Both the position numbers and the translations under genes were made by a program. From assembly GCA_965208125.1 (NCBI GenBank), contig OZ242320.1, positions 3,488,001 through 3,552,000 on the forward strand: 64,000 nucleotides of DNA. The letters run 5' to 3'. Of this stretch, positions 9,447 through 19,392 are shown piece by piece; the first letter of the stretch is position 1; the number at the start of each line of letters is the position of its first letter. The DNA comes from Candidatus Latescibacterota bacterium. GTDB lineage: Bacteria > Latescibacterota > UBA2968. The notes under the pieces were generated by a model, which saw only the letters and a list, made by a program, of their open reading frames with translations, ran no database searches and had not been told where the DNA came from.

Positions 9447-10880
9447 ATGGCAAAGTCGCGTCCCAATATTGTGCTTGTGATGTGCGACCAGATGCGCTGG
9501 GATGCGGCTGGTTTTGCGGGTAGTTCTGTTGTTCACACGCCCCATCTGGATCGTCTATCCGAGGGTGGGGTGTGCTTTGAAAATGCCTATTGCGCTTCTC
9601 CTGTTTGTTCGCCCGCTCGGGCGAGTTGGTTGACCGGGTGCTATCCCCATGCGCATCTGCAATTGCGAAATTATGGGCCACAACGAGGAAAAGAATGGGG
9701 AGGTTATCTGCCGCAGGACTGTGTTACGATGGGGGATGTTTTGAAACGCGCGGGATATTGCTGTGGCATGGTTGGTCCGTGGCATCTGGGCGATGACCAT
9801 GCGCCACAGCACGGGTTTGAGGATTTCTGGCAGACCTATCGATATCTGGGCGACGAATATACAGATCCTCTTTTCGATTATTTTGAACGCGAGGGGGTAC
9901 CCAATATCTACGGCGATGGAGAATCTGTCACCCAGTACGGAAATATACTGGCGTTTACGACACTTACAGATCCGCGACAGCAGCGTACGACCTGGACGGT
10001 TGACCGCGCGATTGATTTTTTGCGCCAGCAAGAAGATGACCCGTTTTTTCTTTTTGTGAGTGTTAAGGATCCGCATCCCCTCATCGTTATTCCGCCAGAA
10101 TTGCTCGAACTCTATCCGGTAGATCAAATGCCCTTGCCGGATTCTCTGCGAGATCCACTCGAGGGTAAGCCGCATTTTCAAACCCGCACAAAATTTCGCA
10201 TGCCCAATACGGTGACAGATCGGCAGTTCCGCGAGATGATTGCGTACTATTATGCCCTGATCACCCATATTGATGCACAGATTGGGCGTCTGATTAGCGT
10301 TCTCGAAGAACAGAATATGCGCGACAATACGCTCGTGGTTTTTATGAGCGACCACGGCGAATTGCTCGGCGATCACGGTTGCACAGAAAAGTGCCTGATG
10401 TACGAGGCCTCGGTCAGAGTCCCTTGTCTGCTTTCCTGGCCGAGTACTCTTCCAGCGGGTTTGCGCGTGACGACTCCGCTTGCCGGTGTTGATTTAATGC
10501 CGACTTTGCTCGATCTGGCAAACGAGGTGCCGCCCGAGAAAATTGATGGTCGCTCTGTTGCGGACGCGATTCTGAATGGTCGGCAACCCACATCTCAGCC
10601 CATTTTTGCAGAGATCGCCAGCCAGGAGGCCATTTATTGGGGGTCAACAGAAAGAGAGCAGTTTGCCGCGCATGTGATGAATTTCGATGGCCGCTGGAAG
10701 TATATTCGCAATCGCTTTGATATCGATGAGTTGTACGATTTGGAGACAGATCCAGGCGAAATGCAAAATCTCGCGCAGCTTTCCGAATATCAACCGCGCA
10801 TCGCGACTATGCGCCAGCAAATCGCCGAGATGATTTGCCATACAGGTCCTGGTCCTTATGACTGGTGTTTGCAAGTGTAG
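9447..10880 (+). CDS. Sulfatase (formylglycine-dependent, S1)
   Basis: RPNIVLVMCDQ, CSPARAS (CxPxR), SDHGE, ELYDLETDPGE. Confidence 0.93.
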   Translation: MAKSRPNIVLVMCDQMRWDAAGFAGSSVVHTPHLDRLSEGGVCFENAYCASPVCSPARASWLTGCYPHAHLQLRNYGPQRGKEWGGYLPQDCVTMGDVLKRAGYCCGMVGPWHLGDDHAPQHGFEDFWQTYRYLGDEYTDPLFDYFEREGVPNIYGDGESVTQYGNILAFTTLTDPRQQRTTWTVDRAIDFLRQQEDDPFFLFVSVKDPHPLIVIPPELLELYPVDQMPLPDSLRDPLEGKPHFQTRTKFRMPNTVTDRQFREMIAYYYALITHIDAQIGRLISVLEEQNMRDNTLVVFMSDHGELLGDHGCTEKCLMYEASVRVPCLLSWPSTLPAGLRVTTPLAGVDLMPTLLDLANEVPPEKIDGRSVADAILNGRQPTSQPIFAEIASQEAIYWGSTEREQFAAHVMNFDGRWKYIRNRFDIDELYDLETDPGEMQNLAQLSEYQPRIATMRQQIAEMICHTGPGPYDWCLQV

Positions 10881-10908
10881 ATAGCGCGCGAAAAGGAGAA
10901 CTAACAAT

Positions 10909-11856
10909 ATGGAAGAATCAACAGGTCTTGCGGAGAACGGTGCCATTCCATTTGAGGTGTTTGCGGGTTTCGAGCGGCTTGAAAATGTCAATCCCATCAT
11001 TGCCTGCGAGCCGCCAGAGTGGGCTGCCGCCGCCCATGCTTATGTGATGGATGATACGGTGCACTATTTGTGGGGGAGGAGAAAAGAGGGCAACTATTGG
11101 ATTTTGATGCATAGCACGGCTCCGGTGAACGATCCCGCAAAGATCGCGCACGATCCGCGCAATCCCGTGCTTTTGCCTTCGAGCAAGGGATTTGACGATT
11201 ATACAATCGAATATCCTTTTCCGTTTTGGAATCCCGCCGATGGCAGGTTCTATGTTTATTATTTGGGGCGACGACAAAAGCCACCGAAGCAGACGGGGCT
11301 ATTGGTGGGGGACGGCGATTTTGGCAAGTGGACGCGCGTTTGCCATACGCCTGTGATTGCCTCAGACACCGCGCACGAGCGACAGGGTTCGTCGCATCCC
11401 TCGGTTGTGGTGGTAGATGATACCATACACATCATTTATACGGGGGAGTCGGCAGATCCGCCGACCTTATGTCATGCGACCGCGCCGACAAGCGATCCCG
11501 CGGCTGTTACCAAAGATCCCGCGAATCCCATTTTTAAAGGTAGCGGAGAAATGTGGGATAGTTGTGGTGTCCGCGAGGCAGAGATTTTTAAGGGACCACA
11601 GTATTTCCATCTCTTTTACGGGGGATCCGATGGCGAGGTCTGGCGGATTGGACATGTGCGGACGCGCGATTTTCGCACCTTTGAACCCAATCCGCACAAT
11701 CCAATTTTTTCTCCCTCGCCAGATCCCGATGCATGGGATTGCGATGGGTTGCTAACGCCCCAGGTGATTGAGATTGACAATCGCTATTACATGGTCTATG
11801 CGGGTATGAGAGGGAGTGAGTGGCAGACGGGTCTCGCGGTAACGCGGTCTGTATGA
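10909..11856 (+). CDS. Five-bladed beta-propeller glycoside hydrolase-like protein (GH32/43/130 clan)
   Basis: Repeated 'DPxNP(V/I)' and 'WD..G...P' blade motifs; AAGGAG RBS. Confidence 0.7.
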   Translation: MEESTGLAENGAIPFEVFAGFERLENVNPIIACEPPEWAAAAHAYVMDDTVHYLWGRRKEGNYWILMHSTAPVNDPAKIAHDPRNPVLLPSSKGFDDYTIEYPFPFWNPADGRFYVYYLGRRQKPPKQTGLLVGDGDFGKWTRVCHTPVIASDTAHERQGSSHPSVVVVDDTIHIIYTGESADPPTLCHATAPTSDPAAVTKDPANPIFKGSGEMWDSCGVREAEIFKGPQYFHLFYGGSDGEVWRIGHVRTRDFRTFEPNPHNPIFSPSPDPDAWDCDGLLTPQVIEIDNRYYMVYAGMRGSEWQTGLAVTRSV

Positions 11857-11857
11857 C

Positions 11858-12961
11858 TCAATCTTTCAGAACGCGGTTGGGCGTGTACTGGTTTGTGTAG
11901 TGACGCAGGTTTCCCGTGGCGTTGTTTTGTTTGATGGCGTCAGCGGGGAAGGTATGTAGAAACCAGTTGTTGTAGATTTCAGCACTTTCCTGGGGAATAC
12001 CGCGAATGACTACGGCGGGTACACTGGTGGCGTGAAATGTGTTGTGGTGGATTAACATGAAATCGCCAGCGATATGCGTGTCGTCACCGCGATCTCGGCC
12101 GCCGTGCATGTCAAAGCTGTGGCTATTGGCATTTTCCAGAATCAGGTTGTAACGGGCCTCATAGCTGGTGCCGGGCCTGCCGGTGCCTGCTATGTGGTGG
12201 CGACACCAGTCGAACAAATTGGCTTCGATAAGGGCATTGGACTGGTCCAGCACCACGCCGTAGCCCAGGCCATAGCGCTGGTTGTGGTGAAAATAGTTGT
12301 GATGGATGTGGTTGTCCGTTGAGCCTGCCCGCAGAAATATCGCGCCGTGGCTCCAGCCCCAGAGTTCGCAGTTATCGACTTCGAGGTTGGGGTATTCGGT
12401 CTGGATAGCGCGGGAGTTAGGGATGCTGTAGTAGCGCCCTTCGGCATGGAGTTGTCTCATCTGCTCGGTGCGTCTGAGGGTGTCTGGACCCTGAAAGCGA
12501 AGGCCAGTGATACGGACGTTGGGTCCGGTGGCGATAAAGAGCGGTATGGTTTCGAGTTGTTTGGAGTAGAGCAGGGCACCCTGAGAGCCGGGTTTGCCCC
12601 GGCCACTGGCGAGTGTGACGCCTCCGCGTATGGCGATGTTCTGGTGTCCGGTCAGGTCGATTCTGATGGTATCTACTATATAAACTACCTGGTTGGGACC
12701 GGCGAACTCGAGGGCGTCGAATAATTCCATGCGGTTTGTGACCAGGTATTCGGATGGGTTAAGCAGGCGGTTATAACCCTCGCCGCCACCGATGGGATTG
12801 CCGGTGGGGTTGATATCGGCACCAAATTTGTCATCCGAAAGCAGGGGTTTTTCCTGTTGACTGTTGCCATCTGAGGAAGGATCGGGCGTGAGTGGCTTTT
12901 CTTTGCCAGAACAGGCGAGCAGAAGGAGCAACGCGATGAGATATCGGAGTGTTCCTGACAT
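11858..12961 (-). CDS. Lipoprotein with right-handed parallel beta-helix (pectin lyase-like) repeats
   Basis: Lipobox LLACS; NPIGGGEGY; IHHNYFHHN, IEANLFDWCRH, IHHNTF and IYNNWF repeats. Confidence 0.75.
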   Translation of the reverse strand: MSGTLRYLIALLLLLACSGKEKPLTPDPSSDGNSQQEKPLLSDDKFGADINPTGNPIGGGEGYNRLLNPSEYLVTNRMELFDALEFAGPNQVVYIVDTIRIDLTGHQNIAIRGGVTLASGRGKPGSQGALLYSKQLETIPLFIATGPNVRITGLRFQGPDTLRRTEQMRQLHAEGRYYSIPNSRAIQTEYPNLEVDNCELWGWSHGAIFLRAGSTDNHIHHNYFHHNQRYGLGYGVVLDQSNALIEANLFDWCRHHIAGTGRPGTSYEARYNLILENANSHSFDMHGGRDRGDDTHIAGDFMLIHHNTFHATSVPAVVIRGIPQESAEIYNNWFLHTFPADAIKQNNATGNLRHYTNQYTPNRVLKD

Positions 12962-13081
12962 GGCAATATCCTTCTTTATTTCAGAATGATTAGTCAGTAA
13001 AAAACTACGGCAATTCAGCTAATTGATCAAGTCGAATACAAGTCCAACCAACACGGACCACTCACGAGAAAGGAGTTCGCA

Positions 13082-14050
13082 ATGCGCGATATTGTGGTCT
13101 TTAGCGGGAACGCACATCGTCAATTGGCAGAGCATATATGCCAGTATCTGAGCGTGCCTCTTAGTCAGAGCACGATTAACCGCTTCAGTAACGATTGCAT
13201 TCAGGTGCAGTTGAACGCAAATTGTCGGGAGGCTGATGTCTTCCTGATTCAGCCTTTTGTGCCACCTGTCCAGGACCATCTCATGGAACTCCTGCAGATG
13301 CTGGACGCGGCGCGCGGGGCATCGGCTGCCCGTACGACGGCAGTTATTCCATACTACAGTTATGCACGGTCGGATAAAAAAGATGCACCTCGTATCTCGA
13401 TTGCAGGGAGACTGGTGGCAGATTTGATTGATACGGCAGGTGCTAATCGAGTGCTTACGATGGCCCTTCATGCACCGCAGGTACATGGATTTTTTCGCAT
13501 TCCCGTCGATCATCTCAATGCTCTCCATGTGTTGGCGAGATATTTTCAGGGCAAAGATCTGGCGGATACGGTCGTTGTTTCGCCCGATCTTGGAGGCGCA
13601 AAGGAGGCAACGCATTTTGCCCGTCTGCTCAAGTTGCCCGTAGCTGCTGGAACCAAACGCCGCATCAGCGATGAAAAAGTCGTGATTGATTCAATTGTCG
13701 GCGATGTAGAGGGGAAGAAGGTGATTGTTCTGGACGAAGAGATAGCTACGGGGGGAACACTTGTGGAGCTTATTGATCGCCTTCGGGAGCGCGGTGTTAA
13801 TGACATCACGGTATCCTGTACACATGGACTTTTTACGGGACAGGCCCTGCCGCGTTTGGGTGCAATTGCAGAGGTGAAGGAATTGGTGACGACAGATACG
13901 GTTCCACTTTCTTCGCAGAGCCAATGTCCTCCCAATCTGACCACTCTATCCGTGGCACCTCTCCTGGGTGAGGCGATCCGCAGGATACACCACGGGGAGT
14001 CGGTCAGTAGTCTGTTCACGGCCCCAGATTGGATCGTGGATACGGGATAG
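13082..14050 (+). CDS. prs: Ribose-phosphate pyrophosphokinase
   Basis: VIPYYSYARSDKK, VVSPDLGG, DEEIATGGT, CTHGLF. Confidence 0.92.
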   Translation: MRDIVVFSGNAHRQLAEHICQYLSVPLSQSTINRFSNDCIQVQLNANCREADVFLIQPFVPPVQDHLMELLQMLDAARGASAARTTAVIPYYSYARSDKKDAPRISIAGRLVADLIDTAGANRVLTMALHAPQVHGFFRIPVDHLNALHVLARYFQGKDLADTVVVSPDLGGAKEATHFARLLKLPVAAGTKRRISDEKVVIDSIVGDVEGKKVIVLDEEIATGGTLVELIDRLRERGVNDITVSCTHGLFTGQALPRLGAIAEVKELVTTDTVPLSSQSQCPPNLTTLSVAPLLGEAIRRIHHGESVSSLFTAPDWIVDTG

Positions 14051-14070
14051 ATGGGAGGGGGATTTAGCAA

Positions 14071-14370
14071 TTAAGCCACCGGAGCGGTATCAGTTAATGG
14101 CTCATTTTGAAGGTCGCCGATCTTTTGTTGCGCGTGCCAGAGGTCGTATTGCAGTTGCAAATTCATCCAGAAAACAGGTGTTGTCCGAAATGCTTTGCTC
14201 AACCGAATCGCCATTTCTGGACTTACTCCGGCCTTGCCATTGACAAGCTCAGAAACGGTCTTTCGCGCCACGCCAAGTGTATGGGCTACTTCTGTCACGG
14301 TCAGGTTTAGTGGGATTAAACAGAGTTCTTTTAAAATTTCACCTGGATGAGCCGGATTGTACATTTCCAT
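14071..14370 (-). CDS. higA: HigA-family antitoxin (addiction module antidote)
   Basis: [35 protein letters not shown]. Confidence 0.92.
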   Translation of the reverse strand: MEMYNPAHPGEILKELCLIPLNLTVTEVAHTLGVARKTVSELVNGKAGVSPEMAIRLSKAFRTTPVFWMNLQLQYDLWHAQQKIGDLQNEPLTDTAPVA

Positions 14371-14381
14371 AAGAATGCTCC

Positions 14382-14429
14382 TCAGTGATAGTCCACGAGA
14401 TCCACATCAAATACAACACCATTTTAAAA
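14382..14429 (-). pseudogene. higB: 3' remnant of a HigB (RelE/ParE) toxin gene
   Basis: Minus strand reads [14 protein letters not shown], a typical HigB C-terminus, 11 bp upstream of higA; no room for the rest before the divergent queC. Confidence 0.7.
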
Positions 14430-14442
14430 TAGGTTAAAGATA

Positions 14443-15126
14443 ATGAAAAAGAAAGCTGTTGTCTTACTCAGTGGTGGTTTGGATTCCACTACAACGCTGG
14501 CCATTGCGACAGACAAAGGGTACGCGTGTTATGCGATTACATTTCGCTACGGGCAACGACACGAAACCGAACTCGAATGTGCAAAAAAAATTGCCGCTCA
14601 TTTTGGCGTGCGGGATCACGTTATAGCCAATATTGATTCGCGTGCTTTTGGTGGTTCGGCATTAACCGACGATATCGATGTGCCCAAAAATCGAGACGAG
14701 AGCGAAATTTCCGACGGTATCCCGGTCACTTATGTCCCCGCTCGCAATACGATTTTTCTTTCTTACGCGCTTGCAATGGCCGAATCTCTCGATATCCGCG
14801 ATATTTTTATTGGCGTCAATGCCATTGATTATAGCGGTTATCCCGATTGCCGCCCTGAATATATCGCCGCCTTTCAGGCCATGGCGAATCTCGCCACCAA
14901 AGCCGGTGTTGAAGGGGATGCGTTCACGATTCACACGCCGCTTATTGATCTGACCAAAGTCGAGATTATCAAACACGGCTTAGAACTCGGCGTTGATTAC
15001 GCTATGACCTGTACCTGTTACGATCCCGATACAGAAGGCCGCGCGTGCGGGCTGTGCGACGCCTGCTTGTTGCGCTTGCAAGGTTTTGCTCAGAATGGTA
15101 TGAAAGATCCAGTGGTGTATCGGTAA
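14443..15126 (+). CDS. queC: 7-cyano-7-deazaguanine synthase
   Basis: [24 protein letters not shown]-x8-CGLCDAC Zn motif. Confidence 0.95.
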   Translation: MKKKAVVLLSGGLDSTTTLAIATDKGYACYAITFRYGQRHETELECAKKIAAHFGVRDHVIANIDSRAFGGSALTDDIDVPKNRDESEISDGIPVTYVPARNTIFLSYALAMAESLDIRDIFIGVNAIDYSGYPDCRPEYIAAFQAMANLATKAGVEGDAFTIHTPLIDLTKVEIIKHGLELGVDYAMTCTCYDPDTEGRACGLCDACLLRLQGFAQNGMKDPVVYR

Positions 15127-15231
15127 GGGGTGGATCCTTTTTGCCATAATGCCAAAGTCAGCTTGCTAAATACAGGCGGATTTACGATCTTACAAAGTCG
15201 TTATCTCATTCACATTCAAAGAATTGTGTTT

Positions 15232-16569
15232 ATGCCACCTCTTTCTCTCGACCAACTCATCGCCGATTATTGCGATCAAAACGCACACTCGCAACGTCTT
15301 TTCAAACGCGCACAAGAAGTTTTGCCCGGTGGCAATACGCGCACCGGTGTTTTTGTCAATCCCTTCCCGATTTACGCTGACCGGGGTGAGGATGTTTATA
15401 TTGATGATGTCGATGGTAACCGCCGTCTCGACTTTGTCAATAACGCCACCGCCCTCATCCTGGGTCACGCTCATCCCGCTGTGAGCGATGCCCTGCGCGA
15501 ACGTATCAATAGTGGCACGGCCTTTTTTGGCCCTACCCAACTCGAAATCGAATGGGCAGAACTCCTGCGCGAGCGCGTCCCTTCCCTCGAGCATCTGCGC
15601 TTTTGTAGTTCGGGTACCGAGTCTGTGGGCAATGCTCTGCGCGTTGCCCGCGCTTTTACGGGGCGTCAAAAAATTGCCAAATTTGAGGGTGCGTATCACG
15701 GTATTGACGATCCGGCTCTCATAAGCTATGTGCCACCTGTTACTCCCGATCTCGGTCCCGAAGATGCGCCTCATTCGGTACTGTCTTCAGCTGGTCTGGC
15801 ACCCGCGACTGCTGAAAATGTTCTCGTTTTGCCCTTTAACAATGCGCGCGCTTGTGAACATCTCATTCGCCAACACGCGGAAGAACTCGCGTGCGTCATT
15901 ATTGACCCGCTTTCTACGGCTGCGGGCATGGCTCTGCCCGATCCCGAGTTTCTCACGCTCTTGCGCTCTGTGACGCGGGAACTCGATATTCTTCTTATAT
16001 TCGACGAAATCGTCAGTTTTCGAATGACGTCAGGCGGCACACAGGCGGCGTACAATATCACGCCCGATCTGACCTGTCTGGCGAAGGTTATCGCTGGTGG
16101 CACCCCGGCAGGTGCTTTTGGTGGTCGCAAAGATGTGATGGCTCTGTATGACCCCACATCTGGATCGCCCGCCATCCCACAATCTGGTACGTACAATGGC
16201 AATCCTCTCGTGGCCATCGCTGGTCTTATGACTCTTAAAACCATGACCTCCGATGCATATCGCCATATTGATTCCCTCACAGAGTACATTGCCGCTGGTC
16301 TCAAAGATGCTTTTAAAAGTGCCAGTATTCCGGCGACTATCGTCACTGCTGGTTCGCTTTTTCGCATCTACTTTCTCGACTTTACCCCTGCCAACTATCG
16401 CCAGGCCGCACGAGACAGTGGCGAAAAACACCGCTGGCTCTACTTTTATCTTTTAAACCACGGTATTGTCATCCGCCAGGGCGGCTGTGTTTCTCTTCCT
16501 ATGACGAGCAAACATGCCGATGATTTGATCAACTGCGTGCGTGAAGGATTGCGCGTTTGGCCCTATTAA
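15232..16569 (+). CDS. Class III PLP aminotransferase (glutamate-1-semialdehyde aminomutase-like)
   Basis: LGHAHP, SGTES, FEGAYHG, LIFDEIV, PDLTCLAK, SGTYNGNP. Confidence 0.88.
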   Translation: MPPLSLDQLIADYCDQNAHSQRLFKRAQEVLPGGNTRTGVFVNPFPIYADRGEDVYIDDVDGNRRLDFVNNATALILGHAHPAVSDALRERINSGTAFFGPTQLEIEWAELLRERVPSLEHLRFCSSGTESVGNALRVARAFTGRQKIAKFEGAYHGIDDPALISYVPPVTPDLGPEDAPHSVLSSAGLAPATAENVLVLPFNNARACEHLIRQHAEELACVIIDPLSTAAGMALPDPEFLTLLRSVTRELDILLIFDEIVSFRMTSGGTQAAYNITPDLTCLAKVIAGGTPAGAFGGRKDVMALYDPTSGSPAIPQSGTYNGNPLVAIAGLMTLKTMTSDAYRHIDSLTEYIAAGLKDAFKSASIPATIVTAGSLFRIYFLDFTPANYRQAARDSGEKHRWLYFYLLNHGIVIRQGGCVSLPMTSKHADDLINCVREGLRVWPY

Positions 16570-16577
16570 TTGGAACT

Positions 16578-17300
16578 ATGTCTGTATCCATACCAGATGG
16601 CATCGTTGTCCTCACTTTTGATGATGGCGTCAAATCACAACATACCTTCGCTGCCCCCATCTTGCGCGAATGTGGATTCTATGCCACTTTTTATATTACT
16701 GAGGGCTTGAACTTTCTCGCGGATAAAACGCGCTATCTCACCTGGGAAGAGGTGCGCGAATTACACGACCTGGGCTTTGAAATTGGGAATCATACGCGGC
16801 AACACAAAAGCGTCGCCAACCAATCGCGGGAGGAACTTTTGTCCGATATTCGCCACATCGACCGGCAATGCAACCACTACGGCATCCCGATTCCCACTAC
16901 ATTTTGTTACCCCGGTTACACCAATACCCCCGAAGCTGTTGATGTACTCAAAGAGCGCGGTTTTACTTATGCCCGACGTGGCACTGTACCCGAATATCCT
17001 TATGATAGGGAAGGTGGTCGCGGCCCGGCTTATAATCCCGAGCAACACAATCCGCTTCTCATTCCAACCACGGGCGCGTCGGGACCGCACTGGAACTTCG
17101 ACGATTTCTTGTGGTCGCTTGAGCAGGCACAAAATGGTTGCGCCACAGTTCTCACCTTTCACGGGGTGCCCGACCTCGATCATCCCTGGGTGCATACCGA
17201 ACCCGCATTTTTTGAACGCTGTATGCAGCATCTCACAGATAATGGACACAAAGTAATCGCCCTGCGCGATCTCACAAACTACATCACCTCGGAGTCCTGA
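16578..17300 (+). CDS. Polysaccharide deacetylase (CE4/NodB fold)
   Basis: LTFDDG, EIGNHTRQH, FCYPG, VLTFHG. Confidence 0.88.
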   Translation: MSVSIPDGIVVLTFDDGVKSQHTFAAPILRECGFYATFYITEGLNFLADKTRYLTWEEVRELHDLGFEIGNHTRQHKSVANQSREELLSDIRHIDRQCNHYGIPIPTTFCYPGYTNTPEAVDVLKERGFTYARRGTVPEYPYDREGGRGPAYNPEQHNPLLIPTTGASGPHWNFDDFLWSLEQAQNGCATVLTFHGVPDLDHPWVHTEPAFFERCMQHLTDNGHKVIALRDLTNYITSES

Positions 17301-17301
17301 T

Positions 17302-18102
17302 ATGGTCGATCCTCTTCCTCTTATTGCCTACGACACGCTTGTAGAGCAAACCGAAGCTCTGTACCGCGATGGCTATGCCTATCTGCCAGGTGTATTGACG
17401 TCCGATCAAGTGGCAAAACTCCGCGGTCATATGGACGCGCTTACACCGGTTTCGGAAAGTTTTGACAAAAACGGTCGTCCTGAAGATGTCGGTTTTATTA
17501 ATAAACACATCAACAATGCTTTTAACCGACACGCTCATTTTTTACAATTTCTCGACCGCCCCGATGTAATCGAGATCGCTGAAGCTATACACGGCGACGA
17601 TTGCCACTGTATCGGCATGACTGCATGGATGACGGGTCCCGGTCGTCCCGATCAGAATCTCCATACTGACTGGCTTCCCCTGAGTCTGCCCGCAGATATA
17701 CTTGAGGATTCTCGGGTGCGCATCCCCATTTTTATCACTACGGCGCATTTCTATCTCGACGATATCACCGAAGCCCTTGGTCCGACTAATTTTATCCCCG
17801 GCAGCCATCTTTCGGGCAGAAGCCCCAACGGAGATACAGCATGGAAAGGTCAGACTGAAAAATCCATTATGTGCAATGCAGGTGATGTGGTCATTTTTCG
17901 CAGTGAGGTCTGGCATCGCGGTACGGCCAATACCAGTGATAAAACGCGCTATTTGCTTCAAGTCCACTATGCGAAACGCATGATTACGCAAAAATATCCC
18001 CCGTATCTCAACCGTTTTCAATTTGATCCCGAAATTCTCGAGCAGGCGACCCCACGCCAGCGCCGCCTGATGGGCGATCACAAAAGCAGCAACTACGATT
18101 GA
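17302..18102 (+). CDS. PhyH-family Fe(II)/2-oxoglutarate dioxygenase
   Basis: Canonical LHTD...WHRG facial triad, IPGSH, AGDV. Confidence 0.9.
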   Translation: MVDPLPLIAYDTLVEQTEALYRDGYAYLPGVLTSDQVAKLRGHMDALTPVSESFDKNGRPEDVGFINKHINNAFNRHAHFLQFLDRPDVIEIAEAIHGDDCHCIGMTAWMTGPGRPDQNLHTDWLPLSLPADILEDSRVRIPIFITTAHFYLDDITEALGPTNFIPGSHLSGRSPNGDTAWKGQTEKSIMCNAGDVVIFRSEVWHRGTANTSDKTRYLLQVHYAKRMITQKYPPYLNRFQFDPEILEQATPRQRRLMGDHKSSNYD

Positions 18103-18112
18103 GGAGGGTACT

Positions 18113-18547
18113 GTGACTTTCTTGATAGGATATTATCTTTGGCTAAAAGTTGTACATCTCATCGCCATGATCGGTTGGATGGTCGGCATTTTGTATTTGC
18201 CGCGGCTATTTGCCTATCACGCCGATGCCTCTACTGATACGGATGCGGTGTTTCAGCAGATGGAATACAACCTTATGCGGCTTCTGCTTATGCCCTGTCT
18301 AATTGTGGTTTTTATTACGGGCATTCTCTTGATTGTTGCAACGGGGAGCTTGGCGAGCGGATGGCTTCACACCAAAATTCTACTCGTGCTCCTGCTCGCC
18401 GGTTTGCACAGTATGATGTCGCGCCAGCGCAAGAATTTTCAACGCGGCGAAAATACCAGAAGCGCGACTTATTTTCGCACATTTAGCCACGTTACAACGC
18501 TTATTGTGATTCTCGTTGTCGCGCTGGCTGTTTTGAAACCTTTTTAG
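18113..18547 (+). CDS. hemJ: Protoporphyrinogen IX oxidase HemJ family membrane protein
   Basis: WLKVVHLI..WMVGILYLPRLFAYH, GWLHTK, LAVLKPF C-terminus. Confidence 0.85.
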   Translation: MTFLIGYYLWLKVVHLIAMIGWMVGILYLPRLFAYHADASTDTDAVFQQMEYNLMRLLLMPCLIVVFITGILLIVATGSLASGWLHTKILLVLLLAGLHSMMSRQRKNFQRGENTRSATYFRTFSHVTTLIVILVVALAVLKPF

Positions 18548-18571
18548 TGTCCTTTTGAGTGGGAGTGAAGC

Positions 18572-19321
18572 ATGACAAACGACGAATTTGTGATTCCGAG
18601 ACGATTGATCAATTCGGACCGGGAAGAAACACCGAGGTCCTTGCTGGACCTGATTGAACAGGGGCCATTCGATTTGGATACGGCGGCGTGGTGGATGTCG
18701 CACGTGACGAATGGAGCATCGTGGATCGTGGGGTCGGGACCGGGCGGAATCGGGAAATCGACGACGATGCGTTCCTTTCTGAGCGTTGTACCCGGGGACC
18801 GGGCTTTTGCGATTGCGATGCCGGGGGAGATCCCGCCGCTCGCGGATCAGAAACGCTGCACGATTGCGCTCGAGTTGAGCGATCACCGGCCGCCCGGCTA
18901 CCTTTGGGACCAGGACCTGCGTGACTTCTTCGACCTATCAAAGGCGGGACATCAGCTTGTGGGGAACGTCCACGCGGATACGGTGGAAGAGACGCGTGAA
19001 CAGATCGTCGGGGCGTGTAGCGTTCCCGAGGAACAGTTCCATCACATCAACATCATCGCATTCGTCTGGTTGGAAGGTTATGAACGCGGACAAAGTAGGC
19101 GGATCAGGGATCAGACGTCGCGGCGGTTTCTGACAAGCGTACACTACACCGATGGTTCAGGCGCTCATGCGCAAGTCTATTCAGAAGGATCAGGACTCTC
19201 GCCCAACGCACCGAGGGATGTGGAACACGAGGCAAAGTGCCGAACTTTTTTGGAGGAGGCATTGGGAGAAGCGTCGCGGGATATAGATGAACTGAGAGAG
19301 CGATATCTGGCCTGGCATTAG
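18572..19321 (+). CDS. Stand-alone P-loop NTPase, VirB11/CpaF/PilT-like core
   Basis: Walker A GPGGIGKST; ELS; GHQLVGNVHAD His-box-like motif. Confidence 0.65.
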   Translation: MTNDEFVIPRRLINSDREETPRSLLDLIEQGPFDLDTAAWWMSHVTNGASWIVGSGPGGIGKSTTMRSFLSVVPGDRAFAIAMPGEIPPLADQKRCTIALELSDHRPPGYLWDQDLRDFFDLSKAGHQLVGNVHADTVEETREQIVGACSVPEEQFHHINIIAFVWLEGYERGQSRRIRDQTSRRFLTSVHYTDGSGAHAQVYSEGSGLSPNAPRDVEHEAKCRTFLEEALGEASRDIDELRERYLAWH

Positions 19322-19392
19322 GAGTGGTGGATTCCCTGCGCAGCCTATGTGACCGGAGGCGATTTAGCGCATCGTCACCAGCCTTTTTTTGA

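Noticed and set aside
9555-10376. Long antisense ORFs here and at 49260-50084, 46257-46925 and 50150-50746
   Set aside because: They lie opposite well-supported genes and show no motifs or RBS
14443-15126. queC as part of a defence or DNA-modification system (Dpd, QatABCD, CBASS type IV)
   Set aside because: Canonical length and motifs; no TGT/DpdA, TatD or CD-NTase neighbours
15232-16569. Calling the aminotransferase hemL because hemJ is nearby
   Set aside because: It lacks the HemL-typical GGVNSPVR and GKIIGGG motifs; more likely a paralog
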